Origin: Camelus dromedarius
Lineage: Eukaryota
DNA: 64,000 nucleotides
Direction: 5' to 3'
Assembly: GCF_036321535.1 (NCBI RefSeq)
Contig: NC_087436.1
Location: 1,488,001 to 1,552,000 of the forward strand
Shown here: positions 14,431 through 29,100 of the stretch, one piece after another
Position numbering within the stretch: position 1 is the first letter of the stretch
Layout: each line of letters opens with the position of its first letter
Program-made: the position numbers and the translations under genes
Notes under the pieces: generated by a model
Databases searched by the model: none
What the model was told of the DNA's origin: nothing
The model's input: only the letters and a program-made list of their open reading frames with translations

Positions 14431-17149
14431 GCAAGTGAAAATTTTACTCTGGCTTCTCAGACTGTTTCCTATTGCCGGTTTGAAGTTCCTGCAGTTTTCA
14501 CTGTAAAACCGAGTTGGAGCTAGTACCTCCCCATATATATGTATGGAGTGGTGTTTGAAACTGAAAAGAAACTTTGTGTTCCCAACAATCTATGTGAAGG
14601 ACGGATTTCACACACATTTATCTCTCAGAACTGAGCATGTGGAGAGACGTTTGTTCATCTAGCACAAAGGGAACGAGTTGCAGGAGAAACTTTTACTCTG
14701 GTTTCTTAGTCTGTTTCCTAGTACCTTTTTGAAGTTACTGCAGATTTCACTGTAAAAACGAGTTGGAGCTAGTACCTCCCCATATATATGTATGGATTGG
14801 AGTTGGCAACTGAAAAGAAACTTTGTGTTCCCAACAAGATAGGTGAAGTACGGCTTTCACACACACTTATCTCTCAGAACTGAGCATGTGGAGAGACTTT
14901 CGTTCATCTAGCACAAAGGAACGGGTTGCAGTAGAAACTTTTACTCTGGTTTCTCATTCTGTTTCCTAGTGCCGGTTTGAAGTTCCTGCAGTTTTCACTG
15001 TAAAAGCGAGTTGGAGCTCGTACCTCCCCGTATATTTTTATGGAGTGGAGTTAGCAAGTGAAAAGAAACTTTGTGTTCCCAACAAGCTAGTTGAAGGATG
15101 GCTTTCAAACACACTTCTCTCTGAGAACTGAGCATGTGGAGAGACGTTCGTTCATCTAGCACAAAGGGAATTGTTTGAAAGAGAAAATTTTACTCTGGTT
15201 TCTCTGTCTGTTTCCTACTGCCGGTTAGAAGTTCCTGCAGTTTTCACTGTAAAATTGATTTGAAGCTAGAACCTCCCCAAATATATGTATGGAATGGAGT
15301 TTGCAACTGAAAAGAAACTTTGTGTTCCCAACAAGCTAGGTGAAGGACGGCTTTCACACACACTTATCTCTCAGAACTGAGCATGTGGAGAGACGTTCGT
15401 TCATCTAGCACAAAGGGAACGGGTTGCAGGTGAAAATTTTACTCTGGTTTCTCAGACTGTTTCCTACTGCCGGTTTGAAGTTCCTGCAGTTTTCACTGTA
15501 AAACCGAGTTGGAGCTAATACCTCCCCATATATATGTATGGAGTGGAGTTTGCAAGTGAAAACAAATATTGTGATCCCAACAAGCTATGTGAAGTACGGC
15601 TTTCACACACACTTATCTCTCAGAACTGACCATGTGGTGAGACGTTCGTTCATCTAGCACAAAGGGAAAGGTTTGCAGGAGAAACTTTTACTCAGGTTTC
15701 TCAGTCTGTTTCCTAGTGCCGGTTTGAAGTTCTTGCAGGTTTCACTATAAAACCGAGTTTGAGCTAGTACCTCCCCATATATATGTATGGAGTGGGGTTT
15801 GCAACTGAAAAGAATCTTTGTTTTCCCAACAAGCTAGCTGAAGGTGGCGTTCACACACACTTATCTCTCAGAACTGAGCATGTGGAGAGACTTTCGTTCA
15901 TCTAGCACAAAGGAAATGGGTTGCAAGTGAAAATTTTACTATGGTTTCTCATTCTGTTTCCTAGTGCCGGTTTGAACTTCCTGCAGTTTTCACTGTAAAA
16001 GAGATTTGGAGCTAGTTCCTACGCATATATATGTATTGATTGGAATTTGCATCTGAAAAGAATCTTTGTGTTCAGTACAAGCTAGGTTAAGGACGGCTTT
16101 CACACACGCTTATCTCTCAGAACTGAGCATGTGGAGAGACTTTCGTTCATCTAGCACAAAGGGAACGGGTTGCAGGAGAAACTTTTACTCTGGTTTCTCT
16201 GTCTGTTTCCTACTGCCGGTTTGAAGTTCCTGCAGTTTTCTCTGTAAAACAGAGTTGGAGCTCGTACCTCCCCATATATATGTATGGAGTGGAGTTTGCA
16301 AGTGAAAACAAACATTGTGATCCCAACAAGTTATGTGAAGTACGGCTTTCACACACACTTATCTCTCAGAACTGAGCATGTGGAGAGACGTTCGTTCATC
16401 TAGCACAAAGGGAAAGGTTTGCAGGAGAAACTTTTACTCAGGTTTCTCAGTCTGTTTCCTAGTGCCGGTTTGAAGTTCTTGCATGTTTCACTGTAAAACC
16501 GAGTTTGAGCTAGTACCTCCCCATATATATGTATGGAGTGTGGTTTGCAACTGAAAAGAATCTTTGTGTTCCCAACAAGCTAGCTGAAGGCGGCGTTCAC
16601 ACACACTTATCTCCAGAACAGAGCATGTGGAGAGACGTTAGTTCATCTAGCACAAAGGGAACGGGTTGCAGGAGAAACTTTTACGCTGGTTTCTTAGTCT
16701 GTTTCCTAGTACCGGTTTGAAATTACTACAGATTTCACTGTAAAAACGAGTTGGAGCTAGTACCTCCCCATATATATGTATGGATTTGAGTTTGCAAATG
16801 AAAAGAAACTTTGTGTTCCCAACAAGCTAGGTGAAGGACGGATTTCACACACACTTATCTCTCAGAACTGAGCATGTGGAGAGACGTTCTTTCATCTAGC
16901 ACAAAGGGAATGGGTTGCAGGAGAAAATTTTACTCTGGTTTCTAATTCTGTTTCCTAGTGCCGGGTTGAACTTCCTGCAGTTTTCACTGTAAAACAGATT
17001 TGGAGCTAGTACCTCCCCATATATATGAATTGATTGGAATTTGCATCTGAAAAGAATCTTTGTATTCAGTACAAGCTAGGTTAATGACGGCTTTCACACA
17101 CACTTATCTCTCAGAACTGAGCATGTGGAGAGACGTTCGTTCATCTAGC

Positions 17150-20100
17150 ACAAAGGGAATGGGTTGCAGGTGAAACTTTTACTCTGGTTTCTCAGTCTGT
17201 TTCCTAGTGCCGGTTTGAACTTCCTGCAGTTTTCACTGTAAAACAGATTTGGAGCTAGTACCTCCCCATATATATGTATGGATTGGTGTTTGCAAGTGAA
17301 AAGAAACTTTGTGTTCCCAACAAGTTAGGTGAAGGATGGCTTTCAAACACACTTATCTCTGAGAACTGAGCATGTGGAGAGACGTTCGTTTATCTAGCAC
17401 AAAGGGTATGGGTTGCAGTAGAAACTATTACTCTGGTTTCTCAGTGTGTTTCCTAGTGCCAGTTTGAATTTCCTGCAGTTTTCACTGTAAAACCGAGTTG
17501 GAGCTCGTACCTCCCCATATATATGTATGGAGCGGTGTTTGCAAGTGAAAAGAAACTTTGTGTTCCCAACAAGCTAGGTGAAGGATGGCTTTCAAACACA
17601 CTTATCTCTGAGAACTGAGCATGTGGAAAGACATTTGTTCATCTAGCACAAAGGGAACTGGTTGAAGGAGAAACTTTTACTCTGGTTTCTCTGTCTGTTT
17701 CCTACTGCCGGTTTGAAGTTCCTGCAGTTTTCACTGTAAAACCGAGTTTGAGCTAGTACCTCCCGATATATATGTATGGAGTGGAGTTTGCAACTGAAAA
17801 GTAACTTTGTGTTCCCAACAAGCTAGGTGAAGGACGGCATTCACACACACTTATCTCTCAGAACTGAGCATGTGGAGAGACTTTCGTTCATTTAGCACAA
17901 ATGGAACTGGTTGCAGGAGAAACTTATACTCTGGTTTCTCAGTCTGTTTCCTACTGCCGGTTTGAAGTTCCTGCAGTTTTCACTGTAAAACCGAGTTGGA
18001 GCTCATACTTCCCCATATATATGTATGGAGTGGAGTTTGAAAGTGAAAAGAAACTTTGTGTTCCCAACAAGATAGGTGAAGGATGGCTTTCAAACACACT
18101 TATCTCTGAGAAATGAGCATGTGGAGAGATGTTCGTTCATTTATCACAAAGGGAACTGGTTGAAGGAGAAACTTTTATTCTGGTTTCTCTGTCTTTTTCC
18201 TACTGCCGGTTTGAAGATCCTGCAGTTTTCACTGTAAAACTGAGTTGAAACTAGAACCTCCCCATATATATGTATGGAGTGGAGTTTGCAACTGAAAAGA
18301 AACTTTGTGTTCCCAACAAGCTAGGTGAAGGACGGCTTTAACACACACTTATCTCTCAGAACTGAGCATGCGGAGAGACTTTCGTTCATCTAGCACAAAG
18401 GGAACGGGTTGCAAGTGAAAATTTTACTCTGGTTTCTCAGACTGTTTCCTACTGCCGGTTTGAAGTTCCTGCAGTTTTCACTGTAAAACCGAGTTGGAGC
18501 TAGTACCTCCCCATATATATGTATGGAGTGGAGTTTGCAACTGAAAAGAAACTTTGTGTTCCCAACAATCTAGGTGAAGGACGGATTTCACACACACTTA
18601 TCTCTCAGAATTGAGCATGTGGAGAGACGTTCGTTCATCTAGCACAAAGGGAATGGGTTGCAGGTGAAACTTTTACTCTGGTTTCTCAGTCTGTTTCCTA
18701 GTGCCTGTTTGAACTTCCTGCAGTTTTCACTGTAAAACAGATTTGGAGCTAGTACCACCCCATATATATATATGGATTGGAGTTTGCAACTTAAAAGAAA
18801 CTTTGTGTTCCCAACAAGTTAGGTGAAGGACGGCTTTCACACACACTTATCTCTCAGATCTGAGCATGTGGAGAGACGTTCGTTCATCTAGCACAAAGGG
18901 AACGGGTTGCAGGAGAAACTTTTACTCTGGTTTCTCAGTCTGTATCCTAGTACCGGTTTGAAGTTCCTGCAGTTTTCACTGTAAACACATTTGGAGATAG
19001 TACATCCCCATATATATGTATGGAGTGGAATTTGCAACTGAAAAGGAACTTTGTGTTCAGTACAAGCTAGGTGAAGGACGGTTTCATACACACTTATCTC
19101 TCAGAAATGAGCATGTGGAGAGACGTTCGTTCATCTAGCACAAAGGGAACGGTTTGCAGGAGAAACTTTTACTCTGGTTTCTCAGTCTGTTTCTTAGTAA
19201 CGGTTAGAATTTCCTGCATTTTTCACCTTAAAACCGAGTTGGAGCTAGTACCTCCCCATATATATATATGGAGTGGAGCTTGCAACTTAAAAGAAACTTT
19301 GTGTTCCCAACAAGTTAGGTGAAGGACGGCTTTCACACACACTTATCTCTCAGAACTGAGCATGTGGAGAGACGTTCGTTTATCTAGCACAAAGGGTATG
19401 GGTTGCAGGATAAACTATTACACTGGTTTCTCAGTGTGTTTCCTAGTGCCAGTTTGAATTTCCTGCAGTTTTCACTGTAAAACCGAGTTGGATTTATTAC
19501 CTCCCCATATATATGTATGGAGTGGAGTTTGCAACTGAAAAGAAACTTTGTGTTCCCAACAAGCTAGGTGAAGCACGGCTTTCACACACACTTATCTCTC
19601 AGAACTGAGCATGTGGAGAGACGTTCGTTCATCTAGCACAAAGGGAACGGGTTGCAGGTGAAAATTTTACTCTGGTTTTTCAGATTGTTTCCTACTGCCG
19701 GTTTGAAGTTCCTGCAGTTTTCACTGTAAAACCGAGTTGGAGCTATTACCTCCCCATATATATGTATGGAGTGGAGTTTGCAAGTGAAAAGAAACATTGT
19801 GATCCCAACAAGCTATGTGAAGTACGGCTTTCACACACACTTACCTCTCAGAACTGAGCATGTGGAGAGACGTTCGTTCATCTAGCACAAAGGGAAAGGT
19901 TTGCAGGAGAAACTTTTACTCAGGTTTCTCAGTCTGTTTCCTAGTGCCGGTTTGAAGTTCCTGCAGTTTTCACTGTAAAACCGAGTTGGAGCTCGTACCT
20001 CCCCATATATATGTATGGAGAGGAGTTTGCAACTGAAAAGAAACTTTGTGTTCCCAACAAGCTAGGTGAAGGCGGCTTTCACACACACTTATCTCTCAGA

Positions 20101-23100
20101 ACTGAGCATGTGGAGAGACGTTCGTTCATCTAGCACAAAGGGAACGGGTTGCAGGAGAAACTTTTACTCTGGTTTCAGAGTCTGTATACTAGTACCGGTT
20201 TGAAGTTCCTGCAGTTTTCACTGTAAACAGATTTGGATCTAGTACATCCTCATATATATGTATGGAGTGGAATTTGCAACTGAAAAGGAACTTTGTGTTC
20301 AGTACAAGCTAGGTGAAGGACGGCTTTCATACACACTTATCTCTCAGAACTGAGCATGTGGAGAGACGTTCGTTCATCTAGCACAAATGGAACGGTTTGC
20401 AGGAGAAACTTTTACTCTGGTTTCTCAGTCTGTTTCCTAGTAACGGTTTGAATTTCCTGCATTTTTCACTGTAAAACCGAGTTGGAGCTAGTACCTCCCC
20501 ATATATATATATGGAGTGGAGTTTGCAAATTAAAAGAAACTTTGTGTTCCCAACAAGTTAGGTGAAGGACGGCTTTCACACACACTTATCTCTCAGAACT
20601 GAGCATGTGGAGAGACGTTCGTTCATCTAGCACAAAGGGTATCGGTTGCAGGAGAAACTATTACTCTGTTTTCTCAGTGTGTTTCCTAGTGCCAGTTTGA
20701 ATTTCCTGCAGTTTTCACTGTAAAACAGGGTTGGAGTTATTACCTCCCCATATATATGTATGGAGTGGAGTTTGCAACTGAAAAGAAACTTTGTGTTCCC
20801 AACAAGCTAGGTGAAGTACGGCTTCACACACAATTATCTCTCAGAACTGAGCATGTGGAGAGACGTTCGTTCATCTACCACAAAGGGAACGGTTTGCAGG
20901 AGAAACTTTTACTCTGGTTTCTCAGTCTGTTTCCTAGTGCCGATTTGATGTTCCAGCAGTTTTCACTGTAAAATCAACATGGTGCTATTACCTCCTCATA
21001 TATATATATGGAGTGGAGTTTGCAACTGAAAACAAACTTTGTGTTCCTAACAAGATATGTGAAGGACGGCTTTCATACACAATTATCTCTCAGAACTGAG
21101 CATGTGGAGTGACGTTCGTTCATCTAGCACAAATGGAACGGGTTGCAGGTGATACTTTTACTCTGGTTTCTCCGTCTGTTTCCTACTGCCGGTTTGAAGT
21201 CCCTGCAGTTTACACTGTAAAACTGATTTTGAGCTAGTACCTACCCATATATATGTATGGAGTGGAGTTTGCAACTGAAAAGAAACATTGTGTTCCTAAC
21301 AAGCTAGGTGAAGGACGGCTTTCACACACAATTATCTCTCAGAACTGAGCATGTGGAGAGACGTTCGTTCATCTAGCACAAAGGGAACGGGTTGCAGGAG
21401 AAACTTTTACTCTGGTTTCTCAGTCTGTTTCCTAGTGCCGATTTGAAGTTCCAGCAGTTTTCACTGTAAACCGAGTTGGAGCTCGTACCTCCCCATATAT
21501 ATGTATGGAGTGGAGTTTGCAACTGAAAAGAAACTTTGTGTTCCCAACAAGCTATGTGAAGGATGGCTTTCAAACACACTAATCTCTGAGAACTGAGCAT
21601 GTGGAGAGACGTTCGTTCATCTAGCACATAGGGAACGGTTTGAAGGAGAAAATATTACTCTGGTTTCTCTGTCTGTTTCCTACTGCCGGTTTGAAGTTAG
21701 TGCAGTTTTCACTGTAAAACTGAGTTGAAGCTAGAACCTCCCCGTATATATGTATGGAGTGGAGTTTGCAACTGAAAAGAAACTTTGTGTTCCCAACAAG
21801 CTATGTGAAGTACGGCTTTCACACACACTTATCTCTCAGAACTGAGCATGTGGAGAGACTTTCGTTCATCTAGCACAAAGGGAAAGTTTGCAGGAGAAAC
21901 TTTTACTCAGGTTTCTCGGTCTGTTTCCTAGTGCCGGTTTGAAGTTCTTGCAGGTTTCACTGTAAAACCGAGTTTGAGCTAGTACCTCCCCATATATATG
22001 TATGGAGTGGGGTTTGCAACTGAAAAGAATCTTTGTGTTCCCAACAAGCTAGGTGAAGGATGGATTTCAAACACACTTATCTCTGAGAAATGAGCATGTG
22101 GAGAGACGTTCGTTCATTTAGCACAAAGGGAACTGGTTGCAGGAGAAACTTTTACTCTGGTTTCTCAGTCTGTTTCCTAGTGCCGGTTTGAAGTTGCTGC
22201 AGTTTTCACTGTAAAACCGAGTTGGAGCTCGTACCTCCCCATATATATGTATGGAGTGTAGTTTGCAACTGAAAAGAAACTTTGTGTTCCCAACAAGCTA
22301 GGTGAAGGCGGCTTTCACACACACTTATCTCTCAGAACTGAGCATGTGGAGAGACGTTCGTTCATCTAGCACAAAGGGAACGGGTTGCAGGAGAAACTAT
22401 TACTCTGGTTTCTCACTCTGTATCCTAGTACCGGTTTGAAGTTCCTGCAGTTTTCACTGTAAACAGATTTGGAGATAGTACATCCCCATATATATGTATG
22501 GAGTGGAATTTGCAACTGAAAAGGAACTTTGTGTTCAGTACAAGCTAGGTGAAGGACGGCTTTCATACACACTTATCTCTCAGAACTGAGCATGTGGAGA
22601 GACGTTCGTTCATCTAGCACAAAGGGAACGGTTTGCAGGAGAAACTTTTGCTCTGGTTTCTCAGTCTGTTTCCTACTAACGGTTTGAATTTCCTGCATTT
22701 TTCACTGTAAAACCGAGTTGGATCTAGTACCTCCCCATATATATATATGGAGTGGAGTTTGCAACTTAAAAGAAACTATGTGTTCCCAACAAGTTAGGTG
22801 AAGGACGGCTTTCACACACAATTATCTCTCAGAACTGAGCATGTGGAAAGACGTTCGTTCATCTAGCACAAAGGGAACGGGTTGCAGAGAAACTTTTACT
22901 CTGGTTTCTCAGTCTGTTTCCTAGTGCCGATTTGAAGTTCCAGCATTTTTCACTGTAAAACCGAGATGGTGCTAGTACCTCCTCATATATATGTATGGAG
23001 TGGAGTTTGCAACTGAGAAGAAACTTTGTGTTCCTAACAAGCTAGGTGAAGGACGGCTTTCATACACACTTATCTCTCAGAACTGAGCATGTGGAGTGAC

Positions 23101-26100
23101 GTTCGTTCATCTAGCACAAATGGAACGGTTTGCCGGTGATACTTTTTCTCTGGTTTCTCCGTCTGTTTCCTACTGCCGGTTTAAAGTTCCTGCAGTTTAC
23201 ACTGTAAAACTGATTTGGAGCTAGTACCTACCCATATATATGTATGGAGTGGAGTTTGCAACTGAAAAGAGACTTTGTGTTCCCAACAAGCTAGGTGAAG
23301 GACGGCTTTCACACACACTTATCTCTCAGAACTGAGCATGTGGAGTGACGTTCGTTCATCTAGCACAAATGGAACGGTTTGCAGGTGATACTTTTTCTCT
23401 GGTTTCTCCGTCTGTTTCCTACTGCCGGTTTAAAGTTCCTGCAGTTTACACTGTAAAACTGATTTGGAGCTAGTACCTACCCATATATATGTATGGAGTG
23501 GAGTTTGCAACTGAAAAGAGACTTTGTGTTCCCAACAAGCTAGGTGAAGGACGGCTTTCACACACACTTATCTCTCACAACTGAGCATGTGGAGATACGT
23601 TCGTTCATCTAGCACAAAGGGTAAGGGTTGCAGGTGTAACTTTTACTCTGGTTTCTCAGTCTGTTTCCTACTGCCGGTTTGAAGTTCTTGCAGTTTTAAC
23701 TGTAAAACCGAGTTGGAGCTCGTACCTCCCCATATATATGTATGGAATGTAATTTGCAACTGAAAAGAAACTTTGTGTTCAGTACAAGCTAGGTGAAGGA
23801 CGGCTTTCACACACACTTATCTCTCAGATCTGAGCATGTGGAGAGACGTTCTTTCATCTAGCACAAATGGAATGGTTTGCAGTAGAAACTTTTACTCAGG
23901 AGTCTCAGTCTGTTTCCTAGTGCCGGTTTGATGTTCCTGCAGTTTTCACTGTAAAACAGAGTTGGAGCTATTACCTCCCCATATATATGTATGGAGTGGA
24001 GTTTGCAACTGAAAAGATACTTTGTGTTCAGAAAAATCTAGGTGAAGGACGGCTTTCACACGCATTTATCTCTCAGAACTGAGCATGTGGAGAGACGTAC
24101 GTTCATCTAGCATAAAGGGAAAGGGTTGGAGGTGAAACTTTTTCTCTGGTTTCTCAGTCTGTTTCCTAGTGCCGGTTTGAAGTTCTAGCAGTTTTCACTC
24201 TACATCCGAGTTAGTGCTAGTACCTCCCCATATATATGTATGGAGTGGAGTTTGCAACTGAAAAGAAACATTGTGTTCCCAACATGCTAGGTGAAGGACG
24301 GCTTTCACACACACTTATCTCTCAGAACTGAGCATGTGGAGAGACGTTCGTTCATCTAGCAAAATAGGAACGGGTTGCAGGAGAAACTTTTACTCTGGTT
24401 TCTCAGTCTGATTCCTAGTGCCGTTTTGAAGTTCCTGCAGTTTTCACTGTAAAAACGAATTGGAGCTAGTACATCCCCATATATATGTATGGAGTGGAGT
24501 TTGCAACTGAAAAGAATCTTTGTGTTCCCCACAAGCTAGGTGAAGGACGGATTTCACACACACTTATCTCTCAGAACTGAGCATGTGGAGAGACTTTCGT
24601 TCATCTAGCACAAAGGTAACGGGTTGCAGCTGAAAATTTTACTCTGGTTTCTCAGACTGTTTCCTACTGCCGGTTTGAAGTTCCTGCAGTTTTCACTGTA
24701 AAATCGATTTGAGCTAGTACCTACCCATATATATGTATGGAGTGGAGTTTGCAACTGAAAAGAAACTTTGTGTTCCCAACAAGCTAGGTGAAGGACCGAT
24801 TTCACACACAATTATCTCTCAGAACTTAGCATGTGGAGTGACGTTCGTTCATCTAGCACAAAGGGAACTGTTTGCAGGAGAAATTTGTACTCTGGTTTCT
24901 CAGTCTGTTTCCTACTGCCGGTTAGAAGTTCCTGTATTTTTCACTGTAAAACCGATTTGGAGCTAGTACCTCCCCATATATATGTATGGAGTGGAGTTTG
25001 CAAGTGAAAAGAAACATTGTGTTCCCAACAAGCTAAGGGAAGGACGGCTTTCACACACACTTATCTCTCAGAACTGAGCATGTGGAGAGACGTTCGTTCA
25101 TCTAGCACAATAGGAACGGGTTTCAGGAGAAACTTTTACTCTGGTTTCTTAGTCTGTTTCCTAGTGCCGGTTTTAAGTTCCTGCAGTTTTCACTGTAAAA
25201 CGAGTTGGAGTTTGTACCTCCCCATATATATGTACTGATAGCAGTTTGCAACTGAAAAGAAACTTTGTGTTCCCAACAACCTAGGTGAAGGACGGCTGTC
25301 ACACACACTTATCTCTCAGAACTGAGCATGTGGAGAGACGTTCGTTCATCTAGCAAAAAGGGAATGGGTTGCAGGAGAAACTTTTACTCTGGTTTCTCAG
25401 TCTGTTTCCTACTGACGGTTTGAAGTTCCTGCAGTTTTCACTGTAAAACGGATTTGGAGCTAGTACCTCCCCATATATATATATGGAGTGGAATTTGCAA
25501 CTGAAAAGAAACTTTGTGTTCCCAACAAGCTAGGTGAAGGACGGCTTTCACACACACTTATCTCTCAGAACTGAGCATGTGGAGAGACGTTCGTTCATCT
25601 AGCACAAAGGGAACGTGTTGCAAGTGAAAATTTTACTCTGGTTTCTCAGACTGTTTCCTACTGCCGGTTTGAAGTTCCTGCTGTTTTCACTGTAAAACCG
25701 AGTTGGAGCTAGTACCTCCCCATATATATATATATGGAGTGGAGTTTGCAACTGAAAAGAAACTTTGTGTTCCCAACAATCTAGGTGTAGGACGGATTTC
25801 ACACACACTTATCTCTCAGAACTGAGCAAGTGGAGAGACGTTCGTTCATCTAGCACAAAGGGATTGGGTTGCAGGTGTAACTTTTACTCTGGTTTCTCAG
25901 TCTGTTTCCTAGTGCCGGTTTGAACTTCCTGCAGTATTCACTGTAAAACAGATTTGGAGCTAGTACCTCCCCATATATATATATGGAGTGGAGTTTGCAA
26001 CTTAAAAGAAACTTTGTGTTCCCAACAAGTTAGGTGAAGGACGGCTTTCACACACACTTATCTCTCAGAACTGAGCATGTGGAGAGACGTTCGTTCATCT

Positions 26101-29100
26101 AGCACAAAGGGAACGGGTTGCAGGAGAAACTTTTACTCTGGTTTCTCAGTCTGTATCCTAGTACCGGTTTGAAGTTCCTGCAGTTTTCACTGTAAACAGA
26201 TTTGGAGATAGTACATCCCTTTATATATGTATGAGTGGAATTTGCAACTGAAAAAGAACTTTGTGTTCAGTACAAGCTAGGTGAAGGACGGTTTCATACA
26301 CACTTATTTCTCAGAACTGAGCATGTGGAGAGACGTTCGTTCATCTAGCACAATGGAAACGGTTTGCAGGAGAAACTTTTACTCTGGTTTCTCAGTCTGT
26401 TTCTTAGTATCGGTTTGAATTTCCTGCATTTTTCACTGTAAAACCGAGTTGGAGCTCGTACCTCCCCATATATATGTATGGAGTGGTGTTTGAAAGTGAA
26501 AAGAAACTTTGTGTTCCCAACAAGCTAGGTGAAGAATGGCTTTCAAACACACTTATCTCTGAGAACTGAGCATGTGGAAAGACGTTCGTTCATCTAGCAC
26601 AAAGGGAACTGGTTGAAGGAGAAACTTTTACTCTGGTTTCTCTGTATGTTTCCTACTGCCGGTTTGAAGTTCCTGCAGTTTTCACTGTAAAATCGAGTTG
26701 GAGCTTGTACCTCCCCATATATATGTATGGATTGGAGTTTGCAACTGAAAAGAAACTTTGTGTTCCCAACAAGCTAGGTGAAGGACGGCTTTCACACACA
26801 AATATCTCTCAGAATTGAGCATGTGGAGAGACTTTCGTTCATCTAGCACAAAGGGAACGGTTTGCAGGAGAAACTTATACTCTGGTTTCTCAGTCTGTTT
26901 CCTAGTGCCGGTTTGAAGTTCCTGCAGTTTTCACTGTAAAACCGAGTTGGAGTTCGTACCTCCCCATATATGTGTATGGAGAGGAGTTTGCAAGTGAAAA
27001 GAAACTTTGTGTTCCCAACAAGCTAGTTGAAGGATGGCTTTCAAACACACTCATCTCTGAGAACTGAGCATGTGGAGAGAAGTTCGTTCATCTAGCACAA
27101 AGGGAACTGTTTGAAGGAGAAACTTTTACTCTGGTTTCTCTGTCTGTTTCCTACTGACGGTTTGAAGTTCCTGCAGTTTTCACTGTAAAACTGATTTGAA
27201 GCTAGAACATCCCCATATATATGTATGGAGTGGAGTTTGCAACTGAAAAGAAACTTTGTGTTCCCAACAAGCTAGGTGAAGGACGGCTTTCACACACACT
27301 TATCTCTCAGAACTGAGCTTGTGGAGAGACATTCGTTCATCTAGCACAAAGGGAACGGGTTGCAGGTGAAAATTTTACTCTGGTTTCTCAGACTGTTTCC
27401 TACTGCCGGTTTGAATTTCCTGCAGTTTTCACTGTAAAACCGAGTTGGAGCTAGTACCTCCCCATATATATGTATGGAGTGGAGTTTGCAAGTGAAAAGA
27501 AACATTGTGATCCCAACAAGCTAGGTCAAGTACGGCTTTCACACACACTTATCTCTCAGAACTGAGCATGTGGAGAGACGTTCGTTCATCTAGCACAAAG
27601 GGAAAGGTTTGCAGGAGAAACTTTTACTCAGGTTTCTCAGTCTGTTTCCTAGTGCCGGTTTGATGTTCCTGCAGTTTTCACTGTAAAACCGAGTTGGAGC
27701 TCGTACCTCCCCATATATATGTATGGAGTGGAGTTTGCAACTGAAAAGAAACTTTGTGTTCCCAACAAGCTAGGTGAAGGCGGCTTTCACACACACTTAT
27801 CTGTCAGAACTGAGCATGTGGAGAGACGTTCGTTCATCTAGCACAAAGGGAACGGGTTGCAGGAGAAACTTTTATTCTTGTTTCTCAGTCTGTATCCAAG
27901 TACCGGTTTGAAGTTCCTGCAGTTTTCACTGTAAACAGATTTGGAGCTTGTACATCCCCATTTATATATATGGAGTGGAGTTTGCAACTTAAAAGAAACT
28001 TTGTGTTCCCAACAAGTTAGGCGAAGGACGGCTTTCACACACACTTATCTCTCAGAACTGAGCATGTGGAGAGACGTTTTTTCATCTAGCACAAAGGGTA
28101 TGGTTTGCAGGAGAAACTATTACTCTGTTTTCTCAGTGTGTTTCCTAGTGCCAGTTTGAATTTCCTGCAGTTTTCACTGTAAAATAGATTTGGAGTTATT
28201 ACCTCCCCATATATATGTATGGAGTGGAGTTTGCAACTGAAAAGAAACTTTGTGTTCCCAACAAGCTAGGTGAAGTACGGCATTCACACACAATTATCTC
28301 TCAGAACTGCGCATGTGGAGAGACGTTCGTTCATCTAGCACAAAGCGAACGGGTTGCAGGAGAAACTTTTACTCTGGTTTCTCAGTCTGTTTCCTAGTGC
28401 CGATTTGAAGTTCCAGCAGTTTTCACTGTAAAACAGAGATGGTGCTAGTACTTCCTCATATATATGTATGGAGTGGAGTTTGCAACTGAAAAGAATCTTT
28501 GTGTTCCTAACAAGCTAGGTGAAGGACGGCTTTCATACACACTTATCTCTCAGAACTGAGCATGTGGAGAGACGTTCGTTCATCTAGCACAATGGGAACG
28601 GTTTGCAGAAGAAACTTTTACTCTGGTTTCTCTGTCTGTTTCCTAGTAACGGTTTGAATTTCCTGCATTTTCACTATAAAACAGATTTGGAACTAGTACC
28701 TCCCCATATATATATATGGAGTGGAGTTTGCAACTTAAAAGAAACTTTGTGTTCCCAACAAGTTATGTGAAGGACGGCTTTCACACACACTTATCTCTCA
28801 GAACTGAGCATGTGGAGAGACCTTCGTTTATCTAGCACAAAGGGTATGGGTTGCAGGAGAAACTATTACTCTGGTTTCTCAGTGTGTTTCCTAGTGCCAG
28901 TTTGAATTTCCTGCAGTTTTCACTGTAAAACAGAGTTGGAGTTATAACCTCCCAATATATATGTATGGAGTGGAGTTTGCAACTGAAAAGAAACTTTGTG
29001 TTCCCAACAAGCTAGGTGAAGTACGGCTTTCACACAGAATGATCTCTCAGAACTGAGCATGTGGAGAGACGTTCCTTCATCTTGCACAAAGGGAACGGGT

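Larger units (their letters stand above)
5468..17150 (+). repeat. HOR domain I: rearranged copies of a 14-monomer (~3.5 kb) unit
   Basis: The marker monomer with ACCTTTTTGAAGTTACTGCAGATTT starts at ~5717, ~9697 and ~14669. Each time it is followed by the same ordered series of variant monomers. Confidence 0.8.
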
